Shown piece by piece: positions 25,023 through 38,577 of a stretch of DNA of 64,000 nt; positions within the stretch are counted from its first letter, which is position 1, and every line of letters begins with the position of its first letter. A program made the position numbers and the translations under genes. Source of the DNA: Monocercomonoides exilis PA203 (lineage: Eukaryota; Protista; Preaxostyla); assembly GCA_001643675.2 (NCBI GenBank), contig LSRY02000001.1:744001-808000 (forward strand), in the 5' to 3' direction. The notes under the pieces are model-generated. The model was not told the origin of the DNA. It did no database searches and worked only from the letters and a program-made list of their open reading frames with translations.

Positions 25023-27461
25023 CCAATGGTGCTTAACCCGCACCCTGGTGCCAAACCCGCACCCAGCAAATTTCTTGAAAATAGAAAAATATATTTTTGC
25101 TTTTCAAAGAAGTTCATTGATGGTGAATTTTCTTAAAACTTGTTTGAAAGAATATTATATTATATTTTTTTTACAAAAAAACTTTCAAAAAGATGAATTT
25201 TAGAAATTTTTGTTTGGAAGAGAGATTTTAAGCTATAAACTGAAAAAGCAAAAAAGTTGGGCTTTAGAAAAATCTTAAATGTTGTTCATTAATAGATTTT
25301 CAAAGATTTCGTCAGTTTTTGATGATTTGAAGCATTCCCTGATATTTTCCACCATTTTATCATTTGATCGATCCCATTAAGATGAGAAAAACGAATCGAA
25401 AGTTCAGCAGTTTCTTTGAAAGGGGTTTGTGAAAGTTGTCTAATGTTTTTCAATGAAAACTTCCTTTTATTATTATGGAGACTCGAAATTTTTTCGATTT
25501 TTTTGTTTGTATGGTTGTTTTAGTCAGATAATTTTTTATTTTATATCCGCAAAAATTATTGATAGTTTTTTTATATATATCAATTTATGTTAAAATCATA
25601 CTATTGCACATTCATTGTTGATATTTTCAATGTATATATATGTTTTATTTAATTGTTTTGATGAGAATTATATTTTTGTCGTTTATCAATGAATAATCCA
25701 TCACATCCTAATCATTATTTTTATTTTAGATATGCGTCAAACCATAACTGTGCATGTCTTATTTACTAGCTGCAAATATTTCATTTCAACAAATTTGTGG
25801 CTTTTTGTTTTTATTAACATTTGGGTGATTCTTTTTGAAAAGTCACAAATGTTTAATTTTCTATAAAATCTAAAATTTCATATTTTGCTCAAATTTCTGT
25901 TTCAGCTCAAAAATCTCCTAAAGAATGTTTGAAATAGCATTTTCAAGAAATAGATTCCATATTAGAAAAGTTTGGTGTTCGCGGACTACAATTTAATAAA
26001 AATATGAAAGTTTTATTTATTTGAAAATTAAACATTTGCGACTTTTCAAAAAGAATCACCCATTTTTTTAAATAAGACTGATATTTTTCAGAAATAAATT
26101 TTTGAAAATAGTTGTGCTGTTAGACATTTGATATTGGATTTGTAGTTTCTGTTTTATTAAATAATGTTTTAAGTGTATTGTCTTATTCAAAGCAATTCCA
26201 ACAATGCTATAAATGTGTTTTCAATTTGGAAAAGTTACGAAAAGAATAAAATATGAAACGGAATGTTTATTAAACGAAACGTTCATTAATATTATATTTA
26301 GATATTACAGAATTGCCAAAATATTGCTTTCATTTTTTCGTTTTAAGAATCATCAATTAAACACTTCAATAACATGAAATCCTTGGATTTATTCAAGAAC
26401 TAGAAAATTGGTTATTTTGTTCAGTTATTTCCTTTTTTGATTTTTGAAATTTGAATAAGTTCATCGTTCAGTTTCTTAATATAAAAGTGGAATTTGTATT
26501 TGAAATGAAATGAAAAAGAAATATTTCTGCAGACAAAACTCATGTAAAGTAAAAAAAAACTGAATGACGATTTTTTTGATGTGTCCATATAAATACCACT
26601 TATAAGCAATTTAGAAAATACTGAAGTGAAATAGAAACAAAAAATCGGAAAAACTTCAAATTTTAAGAAATATTAAAATGATTGCAAACACAGAACGATG
26701 AGAAAAAATATCCTTTTCAAATAGTGTCAACAGTTAATAAATGAATGTCATTTCGAAAAAACAACGTAAGTTGATGAATGTTGTAAATCTCGTAAAATTT
26801 TTCATTTTCAAATTTGACTCAGAAAACACAAATAATTGCAAATATCATTAAAAATTAACAATTAAAATATTATGGAGATCTTGTTTTAATTAATGTCACA
26901 TAATGTTCAACAGTAATATAAATGATTTTAAATAAAAATGAAACTATTAAGCACTTGATATCTAGATAACTAAATAAACAAAAAAATCGAAAAAATTTCG
27001 AGTCTCCATAATAATAAAAGGAAGTTTTCATTGAAAAACATTAGACAACTTTCACAAACCCCTTTCAAAGAAACTGCTGAACTTTCGATTCGTTTTTCTC
27101 ATCTTAATGGGATCGATCAAATGATAAAATGGTGGAAAATATCAGGGAATGCTTCAAATCATCAAAAACTGACGAAATCTTTGAAAATCTATTAATGAAC
27201 AACATTTAAGATTTTTCTAAAGCCCAACTTTTTTGCTTTTTCAGTTTATAGCTTAAAATCTCTCTTCCAAACAAAAATTTCTAAAATTCATCTTTTTGAA
27301 AGTTTTTTTGTAAAAAAAATATAATATAATATTCTTTCAAACAAGTTTTAAGAAAATTCACCATCAATGAACTTCTTTGAAAAGCAAAAATATATTTTTC
27401 TATTTTCAAGAAATTTGCTGGGTGCGGGTTTGGCACCAGGGTGCGGGTTAAGCACCATTGG
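25023..27461. mobile_element. Non-autonomous element with 486-bp TIRs and TA TSD (Tc1/mariner/pogo-like)
   Basis: TIRs 25023-25508 and 26976-27461 begin CCAATGGTGCTTAACCCGCACCC. Removing the element plus one TA restores H-H-I-Y-C in the host transposase. Confidence 0.93.
25823..26061. mobile_element. ~240-bp MITE with GGGTGA ends and 4-bp TSD (Sola-like)
   Basis: TIR GGGTGATTCTTTTTGAAAAGTC(A/G)CAAATGTTTAATTT. TSD ATTT/ATTT. Confidence 0.88.
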
Positions 27462-28189
27462 TATATGGTGTTTTCCACAATAGAATTTTTTTTCGTTTGA
27501 TAATGTTCTTTCCGGTATGTTGATCGGGATTATCGTGCAATCCACAGCCAGTGTCACATCTCTTAATTCGTCAACACGATCAGACCTGAATAAGAAAAAA
27601 TTAATAAGCGGATGTTTGATATCCCTTAAAATGCTGTGAAGAAATTGTGTCGTACCTCCAAGATTTTCGTGGAAGGATGATGGAAGTGGATGACTAAGAG
27701 TTATAGAACCCAGATGAAAAAATTGAAAAGAAGAATTAGTTGATTATCAAATTAGTTGATTGATTTTTATCTTCTTCTATGCTTAGTTGTTTAATGTTGA
27801 ATATTTCGAAGAAGAAGATCAAATTCGTTTCTGAAAAACCAATGAGAGTAAAGAACCCTCACAAAGGGTTTTCTATAAATTTTAATGTGAATTGGATTAC
27901 AGTCTCTTTTTTGTCTTCTTGGTTTATTTCAACTTGTTGCTGATGTGAAATTCTTTTTTCCAAGTGTTCCAAAATATCAAAATTTTTGTTTTGTGACTAT
28001 GCAAAAAAACACTCTTGTCCTGAAAAATGATTACCATTCCATTACTCAAAAATCGGTTTGAGGATCAATTTTTCAACATTAAATCAATTGAAATTTACAG
28101 AATCAATTTAAAATTGATTGAGACTTAACTAAATTAGATTATTATTAACATAATTTTGGAAATCCGAAAATGAAATTAAAAAAGAAAAT

Positions 28190-29552
28190 TTGAAAAAGGC
28201 TATAACTTCCATATTTCTTAGCTTAAACCCAACTATGAATGAAATAATATCTTGACCCAAAAATCCAACAAAAACAACTTAAAAGAAAAACTATTTTTGC
28301 GAAAATAAAATGAAATCAATAATTTTTAAATATCTCTCAATAAAAAAATAATTTCTGATTCATATGACAGTGAAAAACAATTGAAAATATCTATCAAATA
28401 AAAAATTTGAATATTAATCTTCTTTTTCTCATGATCAATCACCAATTCTTCCCATTCACTTTCATCTACTCCGTATTCCGAATCAATTTCCAATCCTTCT
28501 TCTTTTGTTGAACAAAATTTTTTCTTCATAGAAATTTTCCAAATAGTCTTCAATTTCTTCATTATCCTCATCTTCATCCTCCTCATCATTTATTTCCTCA
28601 ATAGCTTTCACATACTCCGAATCAGAATATTCACACACACAACCTAACAAAAATCTGTGAAAGATGGTTTCAAATGTTTGACATGAACGCATGATGCAAA
28701 ATATTCAGCTAAATGAGCTTCTCTGACACCATGCATTAAAATGAATCTTCTCATTTGTGATTACGTTCCTTCAATAGCAATCGTTCACGCTTTTGAAAAT
28801 CTGTCTTTGAATCTTTATGAATGATTTACAGTTTAATGCACAAATCCATAATCAGACAATGTGGAAAACACATTCCACTCGTCAGAATGGATTTCTGTCC
28901 CTTCAAGAATGTGCCTTTAAATGATGGAAAATATAACAATTCTTGTCCAAGGACACGCAAGAATTAAAAGAACCTTTCCATTCTCTTTTTCAGAACTTTT
29001 TTTTAATCATGCTGAATATCCACAATTGAACCTTCCTTCTTCGCTTTTCACATTTTCTGTATCTCTGTATGGCTCCATCAAATTTCCACTTCCTCACCAA
29101 CATCTCCAATCAATTGTTGATGCATAAGAAAATTAAACTCACACGCTCTTCTTCAAATTCTAATCCAATCACAAACTACGTTAACAGATGCACCACAAAG
29201 AAACAATCATTGAAGTTGGTCCATATGAATCCACCAAAATAGCTAAATTATCATTTATTCGCTCATTGATAGACGTATATATTGAAAAAAAAGTTCCTTC
29301 TCGAACTGTTTTAGATCCTCCACATGGGATGCAACGAAATCTTCTTTGAGAGATTGAATTTTTAAAATATTTCTTTTACCTGTGACAATTATTACAATTT
29401 CTTTCTTAAAGAATAATCCTGTTTTCATGAAGTCATTCCCATGCATCATTCTCCTTTTGAAGTCTTTCAAGTAGTTCATTTGACATATTCATAAAATTAA
29501 CAAATTTTGAAAGGTCTGATCAATTCTTTCCCGTTCTCTTTGAATATTCAAC
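28190..29552 (-). mobile_element. Degenerate Merlin/IS1595 element, copy 2
   Basis: Minus strand shows EGTEIHSDEW, VNH and AIEGT motifs. CEYSDSEYVKAIEEI plus an acidic tail matches DYTDDEYVRTIESL of copy 1. The ~29511-29552 end resembles 14871-14914. Confidence 0.75.
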
Positions 29553-29677
29553 AAAAAAAAAAAAAATAAAATAAAATTAAAGAAAAAAATAAAAATTATA
29601 GTAATAAAAATTAAAGAAATAAAAATTAAAATAAAAATAAAAAATAAATAAATTAAAAATAAGAAAAAAAACTATTA

Positions 29678-29931
29678 GGGTGAATATTTTTGAAATAGTA
29701 ATTTTTCTTTCAAAATTTCAGGTTTGAAAATATGTTATGAATATTCATATATAAACTCCGAAATGTGACGGACCTATTTTGTGACGTTTCAATAATTTTA
29801 AAAAGTCTAATATTGGATTTTTAAATGAAAAATAAACATTCAAGATTTTAAAGAATTATATTTAGCAAAGGAAAATAAATTTTAATAATAAATAACAACC
29901 CAAAAAGTTATGATTACAAAAATCATCACTC
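29678..29931. mobile_element. ~250-bp MITE with G(G/A)GTGA ends
   Basis: Ends GGGTGAATATTTTTGAAAT and (reverse complement) GAGTGATGATTTTTGTAAT. Flanks ATTA/ATTT. Confidence 0.65.
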
Positions 29932-30299
29932 ATTTGTTAAATACAAACCATTTTTATTTTTTTAATTTTTGAATATAAAGTTCCATGCAATGCAAGCTAA
30001 TTATTACTATGCTTAAATACAATTCGTCAGAGTTTTCGAATAGAGAAGTTTAACCAAATTTCATAGTAGTTATTTGTTTAAACTTTTATGCTTGAGCTCT
30101 TTGTTCTGAAGAACGAAAAAGCACCTAACAATGGGATATTTCTCTTGTTGGAAAGTTCAAAATGGCTTTAAGGAAAGTTGCTTTCGAATGTGCATCTTCC
30201 ATCCCACGAATATAATTAGTCGCACAAAGTCTTGATGCAGTTAATATCGTTTTTTCATGAGTGATTACAATAATAAAACTATTTGTGAAGCCAGGGTTT

Positions 30300-31860
30300 C
30301 CTTCCTGGCTTGAGTTTCCTCTCCAATCATATTCTGGAAGTTAACCTGCTAATGAAATGATGAAAAAAAAGTGATGATCACTTCAATTATGAAGAAACAA
30401 AAAACGCAAGTGCAAAGATTGGCTGCATCCAGTGAAGCAAGATTGTTAACGATCCGTATGAAATGTAATGACACTTGTACTTTGTTTGTGGATTTTCCAA
30501 ATCATCTATAAAAGAAAAAAGAATTATATCAAGACATTCATTGAAAGAAGTGGAAGATGCCTAAAACGCAAGAATATTCATTGCATAGCCTGGCAAACAA
30601 ACGTTATTACCAAGATCCTGTGAGTTGCGAATAACAACCAGATTAGAATTTGATGCATCAAAAGGAATTTATCACACCACTTCAGAAATTGCAAAAGTCG
30701 TTGTTTTTTTTAGTTGTTGAGTTTTTTAATTGTTTTTTTTTCATTCACAGGTGAATGAAATCAGAGCTGAAAAGAGTACAGAAGATAATTAAGTGAAATG
30801 CGTTGATAAGCATTGGCCAAAATGGTTTTTTACAAGATATCCAGATCTAATTCAGAAGCCTCCAAAGCAACTTCCGGTTCACATGGCGTTGCAAACATCC
30901 AAACAGACAGTGAAACCATTTTTTGTCATGATTGAAATATTCTTCAAAACGGTTTATATCATCCCACAACTGATTTTTAATTTGGATGAGACTTCAACGG
31001 TGTTTTCCGAGATCAATCCTTCTGTGGTCATTCCTATTCACACATCTTCATCGCCTATTCAGCCTGAACCTTCAATGTCAAGATCAACAAGCATCGTCTT
31101 TCTGACAAGCTCGGATGGAGTCAGATATCTCACACCTATCATCGTTCCATATTCTAAAATTCCAGAAGAATTCAAAGAAGCAACGACAGAAATGGAGGTA
31201 TTCATACCAAGCGAAAATGATCATCTTTCTGCATCTGCATTCTTCGACGTTCTTTCAAAAGTGATTCTTCCTTTTATTTTGAAAATACTGATAACAATTG
31301 TAAAACCACATTATCACGCAGTGCATATCGCCAACAATGGGATAGAACATTTCTCCCATAAAGTGTTAAAAAATTGAACAGATAATTAAATCGACACAAT
31401 CCAGCCCCCATCTCATTCCTTTCATATTCTTCTACCCAATGATTAGCACGTGTTTAAAATATGAAGATATTTTTTCGTATGTGATGGAAATGCGGAGGTG
31501 AAATGAATGCTAGTGATAGAAAAAATGAATTTGCTATGTTTCTGAATGAAGCAATTGCTATGCACCTTTCTAATCGACAATTTGAGCCTGATGGAAAATT
31601 ACAGGATGGAAATCATTCAATCGTGAAGTAGTTTTGAATATTATTTTCAATTAGCTTCCGGAATGGTTAACAGTTGTTCACACAAATGTGCGAGATGAGG
31701 AGAATTCGAAAAATGGAAACGAATGCTTCATTTTCAGATAAAGAAGATGTTGCTTTTCCACATTCCTTTGCTTTGAAAAAATATTTTCTTTATGTTAGAG
31801 AACACAAAATTGATCATTGGGTTGAAGAATGTGAGAAGTGTGCGTTTGCAATTTAATCAT
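30300..31860 (+). pseudogene. pogo/Fot1-like DDE_1 transposase pseudogene
   Basis: ORF 30793-31377 has VDKHW..FFTRY, IFNLDETS and TSIVFLTSSDG. A degenerate PSHSFHILLPND motif follows at ~31410. Confidence 0.8.
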
Positions 31861-31869
31861 ATCTATAAG

Positions 31870-32600
31870 ATTGTCTCTGTACAATCTTTTATTTTCTTTA
31901 TCAAATCGAACGACCATGCCATCCATCACAAGCGTAATGTGCATTAATCTTCAACCATTACCATTCTTTTCTTCAAAATATCCGAGAGAAGTGCAATCTT
32001 GAAAATAACCACAAACAAAGCTTTTGTTATGTGATCAGTTACTAAAGAAAGATAATTCTCTTGAAATGTTGTTGAGAATAGATATTCTAACGGAAGGAAT
32101 GTTTGTGGAATAATAATTATTGAAAGAAAACTGCAGCTGCCAGAATTGGACTTAAATGCCATTAATGTGGATTGGTGATGAGAAGTTTCAAGCACAAATA
32201 AAATCGGTGTTATTTGTGAAGATGACAAATAATTAACTCAAAAAAAAGAAAAATGTTGATGTTTCATCAATTTTTAAAAAAAAGTTGAGGTATTGGATTA
32301 TCCCCTCTCACAAACTTTTCATTTATATCAAAAAAGGAACAATCATTTTTCTGCATGAATGATAAATTCTACAAATCGGAAGTTCATGTGGTCTTGATAG
32401 CTGTATTTTCGTATGTCGTTTTTTGGAAACGTTTTGCCCAGTGTTTGTCGAATGTTTTAACTTTTTAATCTTCTTTTCGCTTCTGTATAAGAAATTCATT
32501 AGCCTGAATTTATTTTTTATTTTGATAACAAAATAAAAAAAAATGTTCACACACCGTTTTCTCCATATCCGAAATAGTTAAATATTTTCTTGTTCCAAAA
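31870..32600 (-). pseudogene. pogo-like DDE_1 transposase remnant
   Basis: VDKHWAKRF/KRHTKIQLSRPHELP at ~32380-32450 is homologous to the 22833 and 30793 remnants. ORF 31944-32228 resembles the middle of ORF 30793-31377. Confidence 0.6.
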
Positions 32601-33020
32601 TTTAATAAAAACTAATCTTCCATTTTTTTACTCTTCATCATATGCAAATAGTGTTTGTCTTTCCCTTTTCCCAATAAATCTTTTTTCGTTTCTTGACTGA
32701 AGAGCTCGTTCCAAAGATGATAGATAAAGTTAACCACATTCTCAATTTGACGCTGAAAATAGCCCAAAATATCATGAACAAGCAAAGCTTTGACGTGGTC
32801 GTTTTCCAAATAACTAACATCATTTGTCTCAACAATTCCATGCAAAGATATTTTCTCTTTGCGCATTTTAATCATTGAAATTTTTAACACATTTTTTTTG
32901 TTCAACTGTAACTTGTTAATTTCCCTATCCATGTTAAACATCCAGACTAAACATGTTAAAAATTACAAATAAGATTAATGTGTCAATCAGAAATAACTGA
33001 TTAATAAGTTATATTTATTT

Positions 33021-33272
33021 GTGTGATTATTTTTGTAATCATATTTTTTCATACTAAAATTTCGGTGCTATAATATTTCTTGAATATCAATAAAAAAAAT
33101 GAAAAGTGAAAAGGCTTATTGAAAAGATATTTATCTTTTATTCGGTGAAATCATTTGTTTTTATAACAGTTGTGGTGATGTCGCATTTGATCACAAAATC
33201 TCTTCCCAATGATAAAATGTCTTTGAAAAAACAACATACCGAAATAAGTTGTGATTTCAAAAATAATCACCC
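33021..33272. mobile_element. ~250-bp MITE with G(T/G)GTGA ends and 4-bp TSD
   Basis: Ends GTGTGATTATTTTTGTAATCA and (reverse complement) GGGTGATTATTTTTGAAATCA. TSD ATTT/ATTT. Confidence 0.82.
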
Positions 33273-33939
33273 ATTTGATAAATAATTTTTTAAAATTGCA
33301 TTTTTTGTCAAAAAAATAATCAGTTCTATCTATGTTTTGAATGTTTTGAAATGAACACAATAAAGTTGAAATGCAATTTTTAATCTAACATATTCTAAAT
33401 TTATCTCAAACATTGGCTTTACAAAAAATTGAATTCCATTCAACATTTGTACAAAAATTTTCTTGCCAAAAAGAAAAACCTTCAAGAAACTCATTCCTTA
33501 TAAAAAGTTTTGATTTCAAAAATTATCTCTATTTTGTTATTTTAGTCAACTATTTATTGTCATAAAGTGTGAAAACGAAAAAATAAATAATATTATTTTT
33601 TTCTTATAAATGAATAATTGTTTTATTGTTCTGAACAAATAAAAATGATGCAATCAAAAAGTTGTCACTATTTTTTATATTACAAAATGAATTGAAAAGC
33701 TGCTTCTCTATTCCACAAAAAGTTTGTAAATAATATATTATCTTTCGAATTTTTGAAAATAAATAACATGAATGTATTTTTGCAAAGCAAAAAGCGTTTT
33801 TGGAAAAAATTTATAAAAAAGAGTTTTAATGTTCATTTATAACTTTTATATGAATTAAATGATCATATCACGTGAATTGTTTATCTTTTTCTAATTTTTA
33901 TTTTGGATCTTAAATGCAATGAAATAATTCGCATAATTT

Positions 33940-35420
33940 TTATAATTGTCTTCACCACCACAACAAGAAAGAAGAAATTGAAAAAATCCATTTTGGAGTT
34001 AATAACAATACACTTTGGATTGCATACACTCCTGTTTAACCTGTTTGTTCACTGAAAAGATACTGACATGTTTACTATCTATGTCCAAATAGCAAACACG
34101 GAATAAACTGTGGCTTTTTTTAAAGAAAAAACACTGATCATGAAAGAAGTCATTCATGCTTTTTTTGCAAATGTATATTCAATGTTTTCTTTTCAAAAGC
34201 CTCAGCCTTCTGTTCAAATTTTATCAAAACCTCAAAAAAATAAAAAAAGTAAAAAAGAAAAAAAAAATCAAATAGGTTTTCAATTCCGATTTTTGTATTC
34301 TCATAAAGCAATTCCTTCATCTTTTAAGCCATTGCAATATAGCTTTTTTATCTGCTTATTCTTCTAATTCAACACATTCATTTCTTCGTTAATACGACCT
34401 TCTCAACAAAATCTTTCTTTGTCTTCAGAAACCATTTTTCCATCTTTAACCAGAAGGAAACTTTCGTTGCTCATTAAAGACGAAAACTCGAGAAAAGTTA
34501 ATGAACGAAATGAAGCTATCAACAACACAATGGTCTGTGCCATGATGGACGGAGGAGTTATTGCTGGAAAAAAGTTAACAATAGATACAGTTGTTCACTT
34601 GAATGAAAATGGAAAACCAGTTTTTTGGAGCCCGAACAATTAATGTATTACAGCTGCTGTTTTCACAAATTTTGCACATACTATTAAAAAAGAAGTTTCA
34701 GATGTGAATGGAGAGGTCAGTAGTTTTTGTTCAGATGGATTAAAATTACAAATGCTTGAGTTGCAAAATCTCACAGAGGATACAACTATTTGTGAAACTC
34801 GGAAAAATGAATTCAAACTCCACCATTATTTATTTGCTGCACAAATTTTTTAGTCAATCTGATTATTACCCATTTATAAACCGAAAATAAATTCTTGAGA
34901 TAGCTAAATGAAACCTTAATAACGCTATCCAAAGACTACAGGAAAACATCAACGAAAAATCCAACAAATACTAAGTGCCCTAGCTTTGTCAAAACAAGGT
35001 GGCTCTGTTTATACGACATTTGTTATTTTTTTTATGTTAATTGCAAACATCCATCAATTTCTGAGTTTTTTGGTGATATTTCCACTTTGGATGTGATCAA
35101 ATGTGGTTTATTGTTGGTTCCTCTATAAGATCTTCAACTGTTTCTGAAGAACGATGACAAAAAATTGGGATCTGTTTCTCTTCTGATTTTTTGTACGATT
35201 GCAGATTATTTTTGGACGATTAAATTTGATAATTTTTCTGATGAGAATTGGCATGTTTGTATTTACCATTTAATGATTTTTTAACATAATTATTTCCTTT
35301 CTGGAGAACGAGGAAACGAATTCGAGTTGGTTTTTTTTTTTGTGACACTAATGGCAGTGAGATTTTACCATAAAAGTTCATTTGTGATCTCCTTTTCATC
35401 GAAGCTTAATTCTTTTAAAG
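33940..35420 (+). pseudogene. Possible hAT-like transposase remnant
   Basis: FPSLTRRKLS, CAMMDGG and SSFCSDGLK spacing resembles the hAT catalytic core. Heavily degraded. Confidence 0.4.
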
Positions 35421-35701
35421 AATAGCCCACTAAATTAATCAAATCATCAGAAACATTATCGCTTTTTTCATCAACTCATCCTGCTGTCAACACTCTGCAG
35501 ACACATTCACAAATAACGCAAAATTCATTTCTCAACTCTTCTTCTTCAACATCATTGATAACACCTGTTTTAAATTCAACAATATTTTGTGTTTTACAAA
35601 TCAAAAATCAATATCATCCGTTTCAAGATACAGCAAATGATTTTTGAGAAAACACTTTTCTTTCATAGAATCAACAATTTCTGAATTCTTCGATTTTTCA
35701 T

Positions 35702-35945
35702 ATGTCAAAATTTATTTGAAAAGTTCCTTTTGTTTAATTTGAAGAGTAAATAAAAAATTTATATTTCGATCAAATTTCTGTTTCCACAAACGAAACTTCA
35801 CTTAAAATAAAATAATAACATTATCAAGATTGTGTTTTCATGACAGCAAAATTTGGTGAGTGGGAACAAAAATTTGATCGAAATATGTTATTTTTATTTT
35901 ATTAGAAAAGTAAACAAAAGGAACTTTTCAAAAAAATTTTGACAT
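35702..35945. repeat. Small foldback MITE with ~95-bp imperfect arms
   Basis: ATGTCAAAATTTATTTGAAAAGTTCCTTTTGTTTA pairs with TAAACAAAAGGAACTTTTCAAAAAAATTTTGACAT. Inner ATATTTCGATCAAATTT pairs with AAATTTGATCGAAATAT. Confidence 0.8.
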
Positions 35946-36134
35946 CTTTCCTCCAACAATTTTCGTTTGTTAACAAAACAAACAGGCTAATATTCAGAAA
36001 AGATTCTGTTTTGATTTCATTCGCTTTTTCTCAAACTTTTTATTTGTGCTTCCTTCTAATTAATATGAATTTATCTTTTTCTTGTTTATCCTCTTCATCT
36101 TTATCTTTATTTTCCTTTTTTGTCGAATCCACAT

Positions 36135-36374
36135 GGGTGATTCTTTTTGAAAAGTCGCAAATGTTTAATTATCATAAAAAAATTTATTTTCATATTTTGT
36201 TCATATTTCTATTTCCACTCACGAATCATCTTGAGAATGTTTAAAATAGCATTATCCAGAAATTGATTTCATATTAGTGAAGTTTGGTGTTCTCTGACAA
36301 AATTTTTATAAATATTTAAAATATTTGGTTTAAAAGAAAATAAAATATTTGCGACTTTTCAAAAAGAATGACAC
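36135..36374. mobile_element. ~240-bp MITE, same subfamily as 25823-26061
   Basis: Same TIR and homologous interior (AGTTTGGTGTTC). Flanks ACAT/ATAT. Confidence 0.85.
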
Positions 36375-36963
36375 ATATACAACTTTCTTTTTTGAAAATT
36401 TTCAAGCCTTAAATGTGTAACACATGAAAGATAAAAAAACACATATTCAATTCTGTTGCTTCTCTCATTTATTTATAAGTGTTTGTGAAAATACTTGCAA
36501 TAAAAATGATTCTTAAGATTTTTTCAAGAAAATAAAGTTTTTGAAAAAGAATTAAATATTTTTGAATGATCAATCAAAAACATTTATTGAGATATAACAA
36601 TTAAAGAATAGCTAAAAAAAAAATGGTAGGGAAAACAGAAAGAAAAGAAGTGTTCTTTAAGTGAAACGCAAAAATTCTGTTTCAGTTTCCTTTTAACAAA
36701 ACAAAATAGGAAGTTTGACAAAGCAATCAATTTTTCCAATTTAACAAGTCAATTTTTAAAATTGTTGAAGAGATACCATCGTTTTATCGGTTTGTTATTT
36801 TCACATCATTCATGGATTTTATACATGCAATTAAATATTTTTTTGTTTGTTTTCTTGTTAACTGTTAAAAAAGTTTTGACATAACAGAACGAAAAAGAAT
36901 GAAGAGTTATAAGAATAAGAAATAATTGTAGAAAAGAAAGATCAGTGCGAATGAGATGTTTGA

Positions 36964-37301
36964 ATTAGAAAAGAAAAACGATATTCAATTCCTTCTCTTT
37001 TATTTGAGATCACGATCAATGGGTCATCGCCCAGGATCAATGTGGGAGTGATGTGAGGGTTTATGCATTTGTTTGAAAAATCAAAACTTAGCGTTTTTAA
37101 AAACAAATTAACGCTAAGAAAAGGAATTGTGGAACACAAGACAATGTTAAAAACTTATATAAAAGAGGGGTTGGGAGTGAAAACGGTGGTGGGAAAAAGA
37201 GAAGGAATTGAATATCGTTTTTCTTTTCTAATAAAAGTGCATAAGCACCTTTATTTTCAAGAAAAACATCCATTCAATTCCTTCTCTTTTATTTGAGATC
37301 A
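36964..37301. repeat. DIRS 3'-terminal repeats (ITR/ICR-like)
   Basis: Perfect 39-bp inverted repeat 36964-37002 / 37194-37232. A ~30-bp direct repeat 36983-37013 / 37272-37301. Confidence 0.8.
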
Positions 37302-37305
37302 AATG

Positions 37306-38577
37306 TTAGTTGGGAATTTCTGATACCATCATGACTACAGCTTTTGACACTTTCCATTCCTTCTGAATTTCTTCTTTCTTTGATTGAGCTCTTGTTCTGA
37401 TTATAAACCTTTTGTCATATTCTGTATCCTCTTTTTCCTCTTCCTTTGGTTCTTCAATCTTCGAAGGCATTATTGCTTGGGAGTCGTCGGAAGCTTGGAT
37501 TTTTTCGTTTCTTTTACTCATATTGTACTGCTTCTTCACAATTGCAACCTTCTTTTCATCCTTGTTCTGGCTTTCTTTCCTTCCTTTCTGTTCGACTTTT
37601 TCAGCGCGCTGTGCCTGCTTTATCACTCTTTCAGTGGATGAAGCAGTCACCCTGCCCATTGCTGACGCCAAATCCGCCCTGAAGTAATGTTTAACCAGTG
37701 TATTTGTTTGTGGCGAAAGACGAGCAAACTTTGCAACCTGCACCGGAGGAATACCTGCCATTGTCAAAGCCGAAATCGAAGCTGCCTTGATTGAGTATGG
37801 AGGAAACGTGTCTGGTATCCCGGCGTTGGTCAGTGCTTCCTTGGCAAGCTTGCGAATTTCTCCTGCTGTCAAAGGGGCAAAGGTGTTTGTATTTGGAAGT
37901 TGACTGTTTGTGTTTGTGTTAGCTTGTTGAACTCTCTCCCACAAGGTCTTTGTCGCGAAAGCTGGACAAATCAGTGGCAACTCTGATAAATATGGCACGG
38001 AAATCTCCGCGCGTGTCTCCGAAGTCTTCAGTCTCATATCTAGATATATTTTTTCTTCTTTAAACCTTTAATTTCTCATGTCTATTCTCTCAAGCTCTGT
38101 AAATCTGCAGGCTGAAAATAACATTGTTAACACAATCACCTTTATTGTCAGTTGCTTAAAGCTCAATGTCTCATTCGGTCCTTGATCTGCGAAATATTTC
38201 AACAACGTCTGTGGGTTCCAAATTTCTCTGTTTTCTTTTTTCTTTGATCTATTTGTTCTGCTGAACGCTTTGAAAAGCATCTTTATGAGTGGGATATCTC
38301 CTAAGCACGTATTGAAAACGATACTGGAATAAAAAGAAACTGCAGCTCTTGTTATTTGTAAGCACATTAGCGACATTCCGCCATTTCTCAGGGATAAAAA
38401 CACATTTGCGCAATTCGACGCCCAATCGAAAATATTGTCTGGAATTCCTTTGCGGCCACATTCCTCCCATTGCTTTCCAAAATGTGCAAAACCAAAGAGG
38501 TATCCTTTCCATGTTGTCTCCGCTAATCTTTTGCTGCACTCCTCTGCAAGATCTTTTGAGAAAGTTATCTGCTCCAA
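37306..38577 (-). pseudogene. Tyrosine recombinase of DIRS element
   Basis: IWNPQTLL, FSACRFTEL, RLKT, ICPAFA, YSIKAASIS, VKHYFR. Stop at 38068-38070. Confidence 0.88.

Larger units (their letters stand above)
24020..28130 (-). mobile_element. Harbinger-type transposon copy 3 (degenerate), split by a TA-targeting element
   Basis: LAVDCTIIP..FYCGKHHI (27348-27557) continues as YCTKVEVGVN below 25022. RLKNRLNPDS at ~24520 matches the C-terminus of copies 1 and 2. Boundaries approximate. Confidence 0.8.

Noticed and set aside
24913-27478. Twin ORFs with identical peptide IYQWCLTRTLVPNPHPAN
   Set aside because: Chance read-through into the two non-coding TIRs.
29553-29670. A-rich (AAAAT)n tract as retroposon tail or array
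   Set aside because: Simple low-complexity repeat with no associated retroelement body.
29678-33272. One 3.6-kb element bounded by GGGTGA TIRs
   Set aside because: Each end pairs better with a partner ~250 bp away (29931 and 33021), giving two separate MITEs.
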